Translations under genes and position numbers: made by a program
Shown: positions 1 to 9,595 of the stretch, piece after piece
Layout of the letters: each line of letters opens with the position of its first letter
Position numbering within the stretch: the first letter of the stretch is position 1
Notes under the pieces: generated by a model
Seen by the model: the letters and a program-made list of their open reading frames with translations, nothing else
What the model was told of the DNA's origin: nothing
The model's database searches: none
Assembly (NCBI GenBank): GCA_039028875.1
Contig: JBCCHE010000024.1
Coordinates: 3,851-67,850, forward strand
DNA length: 64,000 nucleotides
Source: Myxococcota bacterium
GTDB lineage: Bacteria; Myxococcota_A; Polyangia; Polyangiales; Houyiibacteriaceae
Direction: 5' to 3'

Positions 1-1
1 C

Positions 2-1411
2 GGGGGACCCTCCCCCCGGAGCTGGCGCCCCCGGCTGGGTCGGGGTTCCCGTTGACGTGTGGCCCCCCGGCTGCGGCGCTGGCCTCGCCGGGACTGACTT
101 CGCCAGAGACGACTCGATTCGTTGGAGCGTCTCGCGAAGCGCATCGATGTTGGGTTCTTGGTCTTGGAAGCGTTCGCGTACGAGCGCTTCGAGTTCCTTG
201 CCGGCTTGCTCGACGAGACGTACATCGTCTTCTGGGGCAGCTTTGGGCGCCAGTTCCCCAAGGTTGCCCACCTTATCGACAAACCAGTCGATGGCATTGA
301 CGCGGGCTCGGATTCGCGAGACCGGGGGAAACCCATCGTCCCAGTAGTCACGAAGCAGCGTCGAGAGGGCAGCCATGCCTTGGGCGAGGCCGCGAGGTCC
401 TCCGTGCAGATAGGAGCCTACGGCGAAGTAGCTCGCGATCAAGAAGTCCTTGGACTTGCCGGTGAGGATGTCGCGGGATGCGTCGCGGACGAACTCCCAG
501 TTCACGGGATCGGCGGTCGGGCTCCCAAGTTTGTCGACTTCCTTCCGAACGGCCTCATGCGTATCATCGTATCGCGCGTTCTCGCCGGCACGTGCGGCGC
601 CCGCGATCGGAGCGGCGAACATTGCCCCGAGCGAACCGAGTCCGCCCCCTCCGCCAGCACCGACCGATTGCGACCCGCTAGCAGGTGCCGCGGGCGTTGC
701 GGACGTCGCACCGCTCGGCGCGGCCGCTGGCGCGGATGCGTCTGCGGCAGGTGCCGGGGAAGGCGCCCCCGACGGGGTGGGCTCCGCGGCTGCGCTCGAG
801 CTCGACGCCAGCGACAGCTCGATGCGCTCGAGGGTCTCTTTCAAGCTGTAGATGTTGGGGGCTTCGTCGCCCTGAAACCGGCTGCGCACCAGGCCATCGA
901 GTTTCTTGGCGGCATGGCCCAGCAGTTGAAGGTCCCCCGGCTGCCCCGCCGAAGGGGCCTGCTCGCGAAGCAATCCCGCCCGTTCGATGCACCAGTCGAT
1001 CGCGTTCACCCTTGCGCGGACACGCGCGGCGGGCGGAAACCCGTCGTCCCAGTAGTGTTCGAGAACAGCGCAAAGCGCCGCGATCCCTTCCACCAGACCC
1101 CTCGGGCCCTGGCGAAGATAGGCCGCCACCGCAAAGTAAGACGCGATCAGGTAGTCCTTGGACTTGCTTGTCAGAATCGCGCGACCCTCGCGCTCGATGA
1201 GCTGCCAGTCGGCTGGGGTCGCATCTGGCCGATTGAGCTTGTCGATCTCGTTCCGAATCGCCTCGTGCATCTCTTCGTAGCGGGCATTCTCGCCGGCACG
1301 CGCCGCCCCGGGAATCGGATCTTCGAAGGGCTTGGCGAGCTCCGCGAACTTGGCGGCGGTCGGGTCGGCGCCGGTCGGAGCTTGCTCTGTCGATGGATTC
1401 GGATCGTTCAT
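2..1411 (-). CDS. tssA: T6SS TssA (ImpA family) with two tandem ImpA_N domains; 3' end runs off the window
   Basis: Not in the ORF track. My translation from ATG 1411, just after the tagF stop, is open to the window edge: MNDPNPST...PIPGAARAGENARYEEMHEAIRNEIDKL...DWQLIEREGRAILTSKSKDYLIASY...YWDDGFPP...RARVNAIDW. These are ImpA_N hallmarks and they occur twice. It lies downstream of tssJKLM-tagF. Confidence 0.9.
   Translation of the reverse strand, partial: MNDPNPSTEQAPTGADPTAAKFAELAKPFEDPIPGAARAGENARYEEMHEAIRNEIDKLNRPDATPADWQLIEREGRAILTSKSKDYLIASYFAVAAYLRQGPRGLVEGIAALCAVLEHYWDDGFPPAARVRARVNAIDWCIERAGLLREQAPSAGQPGDLQLLGHAAKKLDGLVRSRFQGDEAPNIYSLKETLERIELSLASSSSAAAEPTPSGAPSPAPAADASAPAAAPSGATSATPAAPASGSQSVGAGGGGGLGSLGAMFAAPIAGAARAGENARYDDTHEAVRKEVDKLGSPTADPVNWEFVRDASRDILTGKSKDFLIASYFAVGSYLHGGPRGLAQGMAALSTLLRDYWDDGFPPVSRIRARVNAIDWFVDKVGNLGELAPKAAPEDDVRLVEQAGKELEALVRERFQDQEPNIDALRETLQRIESSLAKSVPARPAPQPGGHTSTGTPTQPGAPAPGGGSP
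105..1330 (-). repeat. Internal tandem duplication of the ImpA_N coding unit (offset 708 bp)
   Basis: TTCTCGCCGGCAC occurs at 579 and 1287. Motifs AGENARY, SKD[YF]LIASYFAV, YWDDGFPP and RARVNAIDW are repeated, separated by an Ala/Pro/Ser linker. Boundaries are approximate. Confidence 0.9.
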
Positions 1412-1414
1412 CGT

Positions 1415-2320
1415 TCAGACATCCATGCTCGCGATCGTCAGGGCCAGTTCGTCGAGGTGTTGGGTGGGATCATCCCAAGGCTTGCCCGCGAGCGCACTCT
1501 TGGAGCGCGCGCGGGCCGCGGCGCTCTTGGTCGTCAACGGCCACAAGGCGTTCGACTCGCGGCCGTGGCCCGTCCCATAGCGAAACAGGCTACTCGGTAC
1601 CCTCCCGAGGGTGACCATCATCGCAGGTGGTGAGTCTTCGCCATCGAGCCACAACACGGAGAGCCCGTGCCGCTGTCGGCTCGATCGCTCGATCGCATCG
1701 GTCCAAAACGCACGGTAACCTGGGTGGCCTGCGGTGGGGCAGAGCAGGACCCGACCTTCCGGGGCGTCCTGAACCGCGAGGCGAAGGGTGTGGTAGCCGT
1801 AGAACCGATCGTCGGTTTCGGGGAAGCAAGCCTCCTCCATCTGCCTTGCGCCAAGGTTACGGAGTAGCTCGTCACATCGCGGCCCCGCATCGCCCATCTC
1901 GGCGCTCGTCGGCGCTGGGATCTTCGATAGCTCCTCCCACAGAACGTCGGGCTCGTCATCTTGATGCGCTCGAACCACCGAAGCGGCTGCCTCCCAAAAC
2001 CTTCCGCACCCAAGCGCCAGAGGCGCGGCGCGCGGCCCGACGACTTGCGGCGGCAAGAAGGTGGCGACGACGATCGGAAACTCGCGGCCGATCTTGTCGC
2101 GGCTCGGGATCGCCACGGCCGCAATCGCCCCTTTCGGATCGTCCCGCCTCGGGAATACCAAATGGCACTCTTGAGCGAGGCCTCGCACCCCGGCGCCGCG
2201 GAGGTCGGTGTAGGCATCGTGGAACCAGTTCTCGAACTCACGCACTTCGGGCGTCGTCACGTCGCGCCGAACGAAATCGGCGGCGCGCGGCATCTTTCCA
2301 AACATGGTCGTCGAGGTCAT
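1415..2320 (-). CDS. tagF: T6SS-associated protein TagF (ImpM)
   Basis: FGKMPRAADFV, PSRDKIGREFP motifs; directly after tssM. Start moved to ATG 2320 to avoid overlapping tssM. Confidence 0.9.
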   Translation of the reverse strand: MTSTTMFGKMPRAADFVRRDVTTPEVREFENWFHDAYTDLRGAGVRGLAQECHLVFPRRDDPKGAIAAVAIPSRDKIGREFPIVVATFLPPQVVGPRAAPLALGCGRFWEAAASVVRAHQDDEPDVLWEELSKIPAPTSAEMGDAGPRCDELLRNLGARQMEEACFPETDDRFYGYHTLRLAVQDAPEGRVLLCPTAGHPGYRAFWTDAIERSSRQRHGLSVLWLDGEDSPPAMMVTLGRVPSSLFRYGTGHGRESNALWPLTTKSAAARARSKSALAGKPWDDPTQHLDELALTIASMDV

Positions 2321-2324
2321 CGCG

Positions 2325-5300
2325 TCACCCACCACAGAAGCTTCGGCCAGTGACGATCTCACGAGGCGCCTCGGCGTCGGCACCACGAAAGAGCTCGAGC
2401 GCCTTCCGGTTGTCCGCCGCGTAGAACGGAGAATCGCTCCGAGCCGTGCGGAAGTCGATCTGAACGTCCACGTTGTGGCTTCGGAGCCGCCACACGACCG
2501 TGAACGTCCGACTATCGATCCGCCTGACACTCCCCTCCTCGATCAGTCGAAAGAGGCCCCAGCCCCCTTCCCTGCGGATCGTCTCCTGCATGTTGGAGCC
2601 GCGGATGGAAATCGCCGCCCCGGTGCTTGGTGACTCCCCCGGCCACGTCATTCGAGTCCACTGCTCCGGGCCGTTGTAGTAGCGGATGGCTTCGCCCCCG
2701 ATCGACAACGACTGCTCGGCAACCGTGGGTGATGGACGGATCCGTACCTCGAAATTGATCTTTGGATCGGCGGCACCGGCAGGAAAGAGCGACCGACTGA
2801 TCTGCCACGAACGCTTCAAGAAACGGCGGAGCGACTGCGTGTGCACCTGACTCGCGGGCATTCCGAGCTCCGTCGCGAACTCGAAGCTATCGCCGCGGCG
2901 AGGGATCCGTGCCTGCAGGTGATCGGCGTAGAACTGCCACAAGATGCCGCCGTTGGGCCGATAGAACTCGGCGAAGTCCGCGAGAGGCGCTTCCTCGGCA
3001 GCTGCCCGAAACGGGTAGTGCCCACGGAAGCTCGAGCGGTAGGGCTCCGAAACCCCGTTGCACCAGGCGCGGCCGGCGATGGCGGCAAGGGCGAACGTGT
3101 ACGTGGTCGATGCGCCCTCGATCGGGGGCCAGAGGATCTCTTCAAACGTTGGGCGCCACCCCACGTCTTGCTCGTTGATGAGGCCGCTCACTTCGGTGCG
3201 AGCGACTTGAATGTCTCGCGAGAGCCCGCCGCTCGAAGGGTCATCGATCTTATCCTGAAGCGCGTTTCGAAGATAGAGCAGCTGTTCGTCGTAGACGTCG
3301 AGGGCGGTCGGCTGTGGCGCGGCACCCTCTTCCTCCGGCTCTTCCGAGACTCCGAAGCGAACGAAGCCCGCGAACTCGTCATAGACATCGGCGACCGAGA
3401 GATAGTTGTCGTCGCGGCCGTCGAGGCCCGCTTTGTCGACGGCGTCGTCGACGATCTCTCCGGCTTTGTCGAGGAGCGCGTTCTTCGGACGGAGATCGAT
3501 GTTGCGATTGATCTCGACGAACAGCCGTCCAAGGGCGGGCGGTCTTCCGCGAGTAAGGTCTTGCAGGGTGCCAATCGCCTCGGTCGTGCCCATCGGGGTC
3601 TCGATTTGGATGCCTCGAATGAACTCTCGCCACTCGTCGATATAGCGTTCGAAGTATCGCGACTGCAGCTGCTTCAGGTAGGTCTCTTCGTCGACGTCGG
3701 TATCGGTCGCCGTTTGGGTGGCGTACTCACCGAGAATCCACATGTCGCCGACCAAACCCTCGGCTTCGCCGGAGAAGAGATCCCGGAGCTTGTCATCCCA
3801 AACACGCTTGGTGAACGCGGGACGGACCGACCGACGACCGCGAAGCGCTGGAACGCCGCTTCCCACGATGCGGCGCACGGTGATCTCGGGGCCGGCTCTC
3901 TGGTACCGACGAACGACGCCATCGAGGACCAGATCGATCCCCGAGACCCGCGATAGCCCACCTCGGGCACGCTTGACGACACCCCGCTCGCGCCGGAAGC
4001 CGAGGTCGTCGTCGCCCGCCAAGATGCGAACGTAGGCGAGCGCCGCCTGCTTCGACTCCGAGACCTCGTCGTCGCCGGGGGACGCGAGCCCCTTGGCGTC
4101 GGCCCAGCGCGCGGCGATGGCATTGGCGAGCGAGTCCTCGATCTCTTCCTCGGTGAGGGGTGGCTCGTCTTCATCCTTTGGAGACGTCAGCAAGAGATGA
4201 AGGCGTAGCCGGTCGAGGTTCTCGACGTATTCGGCGCCGGTGGGAATCGCATTGCGGGCATCCTCGTACGTCCGCCCGAAATCGGCCATGTGCGCGGTCT
4301 GCTCGTCGAAGAGGGGCTGCACGACGTTCGTCTGGAAGACGTTCCCGTAGAGCTCGGATGCCGCCGCAAGGATATCATCACCCTGGTAAAGACCCGAGCG
4401 CATCTTCACGGGCGCGCCGTCCTCCTCTTCGAGCCAGAGGCGGTTGAGCTCGGAGACCATGGGCATGTAGGCGTCTGGGGTCAGCATCGCGCCCTTCGCC
4501 TTCTGCACCTCGCTCGCGAGGGTTTCTCCTCGTTGTGCGACTTCGTTGATCATCCGTCGATTTCCCACGCACGAAATCGCCGGCAGTGTCAGGCACAACC
4601 CTGCGAGCAAGAACACGGAAGCGACCGCGCCGTAGTAGAGGCGCTTCTGACGTGTCTGCTCGGCCGAGCTACGGAGCGCGAGGTCCCGATCGGGGAAGAT
4701 CACCTTCCTGAAGAGGTCGCGAAGAAAGTAGCCTTTGGGCTCGACTTGGTGCTCTTGTTCGGCGAGGGACTGGAGGTTGTATGCCCCGGCCAAGCGTTGA
4801 AGAATCAAATCGAAGGGGCGGCCTTCCTGGGTCCCGCTGGCGAGATAGGCACCGCGCATCATCGGTGTGTCGCTGAAGACGTTCTCGGCGAAGAGCTGAT
4901 TGATGAAGTCGGAGAAGCAACGGTTGAGCTCCCCGAGCTGTTGAGGGAAACCGAAGACTTTGTGGCGTTTGTCGAGCTGTCGCTCTTCGTCGAGTCGCCC
5001 GACGCAAAACGACTGAAGCGACTGGACGAGCTCGTCGAAGTGTTTCTCGAAGACCTCGCCCGGGTTGCCGCCTTCCTTGAGGGGGACGGTGAACCCCCAG
5101 ACGACACTTCGCTCGTCCTTGGAGAGCGTTCCGAACGACTCGACGAACCCCGACATCAGGTCGCATTTCGTGAAGAGCACGTACACGGGAAGCGCCATCT
5201 TGAGCTCAGCCATCGACTCGTCGATGCGCTCACGCATGCGTTTGGCGATCTCCGTCAGCTGCTCGTTCGACGCTTCGGCGAGCTCGACGATACTCAAGGT

Positions 5301-5906
5301 GACGATGATTCCGTTGAGCGGCTTTCGCTTTCGATACTTACGAAGGAGTTCGAGGAAACCGATCCACTCGTCGTGGTCTTCTTCCTGGGTGGACCAGCGT
5401 CCGGCTGTATCGAGAAGGACGGCCTCGTTGGTGAGCCACCAGTCGCAGTTGCGGGTTCCTCCGATACCGCGAACCCCTCGATTCCCTCCGGCCAAATGTG
5501 GGAACTCGAGCCCAGAGTTCCGCAGCGCCGTGGTCTTGCCAGAGCCCGGGGGCCCGATGATCAAGTACCAGGGCAGGACGTAGAGTGCGTCGCGCCGACC
5601 GCGCCCTAGCTTCGAGCTCTTGAGTGCGCCGACCGCCTTCTCGAACTCCGCGCGAATCTCGTCGAGCTCAGGCTGAAGATCTGGCCGGGCCGCCTCCATC
5701 TGCTGGGACGCCTGGAGCGAGAGGGCCCCTTCGAGCTCGCGTGCGGCCTTGGCGGCCTGCATCCTCGCGTACACCAGGATCGCGACGACTACGAGGATCG
5801 TCAGCGCCGTAATGGTGATCGGAATCCACAGCGCAGGTTGATCGAGTAGCCACCAGCCAAGCCAAGTGGCGATGGTCACGATCGTTGCGATGAGATACTT
5901 GAGCAC
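2325..5906 (-). CDS. tssM: T6SS membrane subunit TssM (IcmF)
   Basis: N-terminal TMs, LYVLPWYLIIGPPGSGKTT Walker A, TRNCDWW, DTAGRW, PVYVLFTKCDL, SGTQEG, C-terminal WGLFRL. Confidence 0.97.
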   Translation of the reverse strand: MLKYLIATIVTIATWLGWWLLDQPALWIPITITALTILVVVAILVYARMQAAKAARELEGALSLQASQQMEAARPDLQPELDEIRAEFEKAVGALKSSKLGRGRRDALYVLPWYLIIGPPGSGKTTALRNSGLEFPHLAGGNRGVRGIGGTRNCDWWLTNEAVLLDTAGRWSTQEEDHDEWIGFLELLRKYRKRKPLNGIIVTLSIVELAEASNEQLTEIAKRMRERIDESMAELKMALPVYVLFTKCDLMSGFVESFGTLSKDERSVVWGFTVPLKEGGNPGEVFEKHFDELVQSLQSFCVGRLDEERQLDKRHKVFGFPQQLGELNRCFSDFINQLFAENVFSDTPMMRGAYLASGTQEGRPFDLILQRLAGAYNLQSLAEQEHQVEPKGYFLRDLFRKVIFPDRDLALRSSAEQTRQKRLYYGAVASVFLLAGLCLTLPAISCVGNRRMINEVAQRGETLASEVQKAKGAMLTPDAYMPMVSELNRLWLEEEDGAPVKMRSGLYQGDDILAAASELYGNVFQTNVVQPLFDEQTAHMADFGRTYEDARNAIPTGAEYVENLDRLRLHLLLTSPKDEDEPPLTEEEIEDSLANAIAARWADAKGLASPGDDEVSESKQAALAYVRILAGDDDLGFRRERGVVKRARGGLSRVSGIDLVLDGVVRRYQRAGPEITVRRIVGSGVPALRGRRSVRPAFTKRVWDDKLRDLFSGEAEGLVGDMWILGEYATQTATDTDVDEETYLKQLQSRYFERYIDEWREFIRGIQIETPMGTTEAIGTLQDLTRGRPPALGRLFVEINRNIDLRPKNALLDKAGEIVDDAVDKAGLDGRDDNYLSVADVYDEFAGFVRFGVSEEPEEEGAAPQPTALDVYDEQLLYLRNALQDKIDDPSSGGLSRDIQVARTEVSGLINEQDVGWRPTFEEILWPPIEGASTTYTFALAAIAGRAWCNGVSEPYRSSFRGHYPFRAAAEEAPLADFAEFYRPNGGILWQFYADHLQARIPRRGDSFEFATELGMPASQVHTQSLRRFLKRSWQISRSLFPAGAADPKINFEVRIRPSPTVAEQSLSIGGEAIRYYNGPEQWTRMTWPGESPSTGAAISIRGSNMQETIRREGGWGLFRLIEEGSVRRIDSRTFTVVWRLRSHNVDVQIDFRTARSDSPFYAADNRKALELFRGADAEAPREIVTGRSFCGG

Positions 5907-5915
5907 GCCTGGTCC

Positions 5916-6596
5916 CTAATCAACTTCGGCGCTCAGCGCCTCGAACTGTTCGCCCATCCCGTCGACCTTCGACGAAAGCGACCACGCCATTCCGATGTAC
6001 ACCGTGAGTGCAACCCCGAGGACGCCGAGCGCCGCCCAGATCAGCGAACGGTTGGAGCGCACCCCCTCGGCTCGCGAGTCGGGTCGCTGGCCATGCGGGG
6101 AAAGCTCGGCTTCCTGGTGAGCGCCGCTACGCCGAATGGCGTCGCGAACGCGGTCGGTAACGTCTCCGAGCTCGATCTCTCCTCCTCGAACGCGGTACTT
6201 CCCTTGAAAACCAAAGAGCAACGTCAGGTAGTAGACCTGAAGCACCTCGACCCTGCTCGGATCGCTCAGGAGCACATTGATTCGGTCGAAGAGCCCCTGG
6301 CCCGCCGTCGCTTCGTTGAAAAGCTCGAGTTGCAGCATGTGGGCAGCCCAGAAGTCTCGAAGGGTCCCGCCCTTCAACATGATCACTTCGTCGACGAGCG
6401 CGGTGAGCGCGTAACCGATGTCCTGCACGTCATGTTGCGCGAAACCGAGGGTAGACGCCGTCCGCATCGCGTTCGTAATCAGTGATCGAAGCTGCGTGTG
6501 AAGGGCCGTGGGTTCGCCGAGGGAGGCCTCCTCGATCGAGCGCAACTGCCCCACGGTGGAGAGAACGTCGCGCGTGACCTCGTTGACCCTGTCCAT
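5916..6596 (-). CDS. tssL: T6SS TssL (DotU), single C-terminal TM, no OmpA domain
   Basis: YALTALVDE, LQLELF...AG..F, YYLTLLFGFQGKY motifs; lies between tssK and tssM. Confidence 0.95.
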   Translation of the reverse strand: MDRVNEVTRDVLSTVGQLRSIEEASLGEPTALHTQLRSLITNAMRTASTLGFAQHDVQDIGYALTALVDEVIMLKGGTLRDFWAAHMLQLELFNEATAGQGLFDRINVLLSDPSRVEVLQVYYLTLLFGFQGKYRVRGGEIELGDVTDRVRDAIRRSGAHQEAELSPHGQRPDSRAEGVRSNRSLIWAALGVLGVALTVYIGMAWSLSSKVDGMGEQFEALSAEVD

Positions 6597-6603
6597 GCAG
6601 CCC

Positions 6604-7956
6604 TCAGCTCAAGATTCCGAATATCTCGACCTTCGTTTCGGCCGGTGTGAAGGGGTTCGGGAGGTACATGGCGATCCGCCGTTCGATCAGGATGTTGCGC
6701 CAGTAGTCACCGTCGGTCCGGACGACGAAGTACGTCATCCCGGCACGCGTCGGAATTTGAGGTGGCGCCTTCGTGGTCGCCTGAAGCTCGACGCCCGAGG
6801 TCGCCGCCGCCAGCAGAGAGTTGATGTCGCCCTCGCTCGCGAGCTTCGCCACGCGGGGCAGAAGCGCCGACACCTCGTTCTCGGCGACCGACGACTGTAC
6901 GCCCACGACGAACTGGGTGCACTGCGTGAACCGGTCGTCGTCGATTTGACCCTGGTGCATCGCGTCGCCGCGGGACGCGAGCGAGACCGCGACATAGCGT
7001 TTGGCCAAAGTCGCCTTCAACAACCCTTCGAGCGCAGCGAAGATCGTCCCGAATGTGGATCGGAGGTCTTCGTAGACAAAGCGCGGGACGTCGTTGGGAT
7101 CGAACTCGGTCGAGAACGTAGAGAGCTGACCTGCAAGACGGCTCAGCAGCAAGTAGATCTCCTTGGCGGAGAAGTCCCCGGCGACTACGGCATGGCGCAA
7201 CACAGGGAGGTAGCTGTTGACCGTTGCGAGGAGAAGATAGCGCGTCACATCCGCAGCAGAGAACTCGACAGTCGAGTCGTCCCGCTGACGAACCGTCTGA
7301 AGGAGGGCGTTGCGTCGCGCGTTCATCGACGTGAGAAGCCCGTCGAGAGACCGGGCAAGCACAGCGGACGCCGACGCCCGAAGGCACGGCACGATGTAGT
7401 CGTCCGAGAGAACGAGACGTCCGTCGGCTGCGCGTCGGATCTCGGCGATCTTGATCGCCGTGTAGTCTTCCCTGGGTTCGTCACCGAACAAAAGACGGAC
7501 GTTCGAACAAGCCACCTCGACGTCTTGGGGTTGTGCTTCCCCAAAACGATCGTGCGCCATGTCGCTCGTCGCGTAGTACCGCGTGAGCGCGCCTTTCGTC
7601 GCGCCGACGTTGTTGCGAGACTCATGCGTGCGCGCGAGGCCAACAAATACCTCGAGGACGGCCTGATGAGGGGCGAGGTGTTCCTCGGCAGGCCTCGACG
7701 GCGGTGCCTCTCGACTCGTCGAATCGAAGGCGATCGGGGTTCCGTCGGGTAGCACACCCTCGAAATGCCCGATCGCAACCATCCCGGAGTCAAGAGCGGT
7801 CATATCGAGCTCACACGCAAGGACGCCCCAGCTCTCGTGGTCGATCGCATCGAGCCGCGCGTTCAGCCGCCCTTCATGAAACCGATCGAGCTGCTGCATA
7901 TGCTGCGGCGTCATCAGCAACCCTTCACTCCAAATCACTCTCGAAGGCGGTCTCAT
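6604..7956 (-). CDS. tssK: T6SS baseplate subunit TssK
   Basis: RVIWSEGLLMTPQHMQQLDR N-terminus, WGV, GVLPDGT; ~450 aa; synteny. Confidence 0.96.
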   Translation of the reverse strand: MRPPSRVIWSEGLLMTPQHMQQLDRFHEGRLNARLDAIDHESWGVLACELDMTALDSGMVAIGHFEGVLPDGTPIAFDSTSREAPPSRPAEEHLAPHQAVLEVFVGLARTHESRNNVGATKGALTRYYATSDMAHDRFGEAQPQDVEVACSNVRLLFGDEPREDYTAIKIAEIRRAADGRLVLSDDYIVPCLRASASAVLARSLDGLLTSMNARRNALLQTVRQRDDSTVEFSAADVTRYLLLATVNSYLPVLRHAVVAGDFSAKEIYLLLSRLAGQLSTFSTEFDPNDVPRFVYEDLRSTFGTIFAALEGLLKATLAKRYVAVSLASRGDAMHQGQIDDDRFTQCTQFVVGVQSSVAENEVSALLPRVAKLASEGDINSLLAAATSGVELQATTKAPPQIPTRAGMTYFVVRTDGDYWRNILIERRIAMYLPNPFTPAETKVEIFGILS

Positions 7957-7990
7957 TCGTTCCTCATCTCAAGGTCGCGTAGCACTCGGT

Positions 7991-8539
7991 TCACCCGTCG
8001 TTGGCGCGGTCGTTCAGGCACTGCGCGTCACCGTCGTCGCAGCCTTCGGGTTTGGCCTCGCGGCCGAGCGAGCCATCGATGGTGTACCCATCGACCATGA
8101 AGCGAACCATCGGTCGGTCGCTTCCCCGCTTGGGGCACGATGGCGTCTGGAGGACCTTGCGCCATTGCGTACCGCTTGGCTGACGCACGACGGCGACGCC
8201 GACCACATAGTTCGCGCCGGGGTCCCGCTCGAACGACCGAAACGCCGAGCGGCCCGGGTACACCGTCACCTCTTCCATCCCAAGGACGGTTTCACCGAGT
8301 ACATCGTCCGGGCGTCGGATCATGTCCTCGAACGAGACCTGCTCAATCTCTCCAAGATTGCTGAGCTGATATACCCGAACCATGGTCGGGAGCGGCTCAC
8401 CGGACGCGTCGGGATTGAGCTCCTCGGACCCCTGGATCCAAAGATTGGCTGGCTCCGGCTTGGTGCAGACGGTGGACTTGTTGCAGGCCGTCAGCGCGAG
8501 GATCGAGGCCATGAAGAGGCCTATTCTGAGGACCACCAT
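7991..8539 (-). CDS. tssJ: T6SS lipoprotein TssJ
   Basis: Lipobox LALTAC; LNPDASGEPLPTMVRVYQL motif; first gene of tssJKLM. Start at 8539 (or 8513) rather than 9031. Confidence 0.93.
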   Translation of the reverse strand: MVVLRIGLFMASILALTACNKSTVCTKPEPANLWIQGSEELNPDASGEPLPTMVRVYQLSNLGEIEQVSFEDMIRRPDDVLGETVLGMEEVTVYPGRSAFRSFERDPGANYVVGVAVVRQPSGTQWRKVLQTPSCPKRGSDRPMVRFMVDGYTIDGSLGREAKPEGCDDGDAQCLNDRANDG

Positions 8540-8758
8540 AGAGGGGGCGATGGTAGAGAGTTGGTGGGCCGTTGGCAATGGTTGACCGATGTTCACCCCG
8601 ACTTGGAGACCGGCGTTCGGCGCCGTTCGGAGCGCCGCGCAAAGGTAGTCCTTCGAACAATTGCGTATGGACCGGCCAGGGTGGACAGACTCAACTTGTC
8701 CAGCACGCCTTCGATGACCGTCCGGTCCTCGAATGGGCGGATCCCCAAGGAGTCGGTC

Positions 8759-9463
8759 ATGAGGTACGTCGTTCGGAGTGGAGACAGCTTGGATTCGATC
8801 GCGCGAAAGCACGGTCTGCCCGACTGGCGTGGGCTCTACGAGGCGCCAGAGAACGCGCCATTGCGGGTGCGGCGCAAGAACCCAAATCAAATACGCCCGG
8901 GGGACGTCGTTCGCATTCCACGCACCGCACCGGCCTACAAAGATCGCGAGGTCGTCATCCGGAAGCTCAAGAAGCTGCAGGCGGACCTCAAGAAGAGCAT
9001 GCAGGCCGAGCTCAAGCTCCTGGCCAAGCACAAACGGGACATCCAGCGAGTGGGGGAGAACGTCGATCTAGCGGCGACACTCGCGACGCTCGCCGTCGAC
9101 CTCACCAAACTGACGCGACTCGGGTACAAGGCCATGGAGGCCACGGGGAAAGACCTCGTCAAGATCAACGCGAAGGCGGCGCCAGGCGCCCTCGATTTCG
9201 CTGGCAAGCATGCGGGTCAGCTCGGAGGTGGCCTGAGGATCACCGGTCAAGAGTCGCTCGCCTGGGGGCTCGGCAAGGTGCTTCTCATCTCGTATTCCCA
9301 GATGACGTCTCCCTCCTACTGGGCGAACCGTTGGCAGAAGTTTCGCACCGGCAAGACGCCGCTCGAGGCTGTTCGCGACGCGGAACGCCAGGTGAAGACG
9401 CAACACGAAGCGATGATTCAGAAGCTCCAAAGGCGAATCGATGCACTCCGGGCCGGTGTCTAG
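8759..9463 (+). CDS. LysM-domain protein with helical/coiled-coil C-terminus (T6SS-associated, function unknown)
   Basis: AAGGAG RBS before ATG 8759; YVVRSGDSLDSIARKHG...NPNQIRPGDVVRIP is a LysM motif; no signal peptide seen. Confidence 0.85.
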   Translation: MRYVVRSGDSLDSIARKHGLPDWRGLYEAPENAPLRVRRKNPNQIRPGDVVRIPRTAPAYKDREVVIRKLKKLQADLKKSMQAELKLLAKHKRDIQRVGENVDLAATLATLAVDLTKLTRLGYKAMEATGKDLVKINAKAAPGALDFAGKHAGQLGGGLRITGQESLAWGLGKVLLISYSQMTSPSYWANRWQKFRTGKTPLEAVRDAERQVKTQHEAMIQKLQRRIDALRAGV

Positions 9464-9498
9464 AGACCAACGGCCCTTCCGAGGTCACGGGTTGGCTC

Positions 9499-9545
9499 TG
9501 TCGAAACCTCGACAACCCCCTCCCCTTGTCGACGAATCGTCGACA
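9499..9545. promoter_or_regulatory. Two palindromes, candidate enhancer (bEBP) sites upstream of hcp
   Basis: TGTCGAAACCTCGACA (9499-9514, TGT-N10-ACA) and TGTCGACGAATCGTCGACA (9527-9545), 50-100 bp upstream of a -24/-12 element. Confidence 0.55.
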
Positions 9546-9595
9546 CTCGAAGCCCAAGATAAGCCCGATGAACCGAGATCATTGCGCTTTCGAGT

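Noticed and set aside
122-1633. 503 aa plus-strand ORF with an internal repeat
   Set aside because: Antisense shadow of tssA; its repeat only mirrors the ImpA_N duplication
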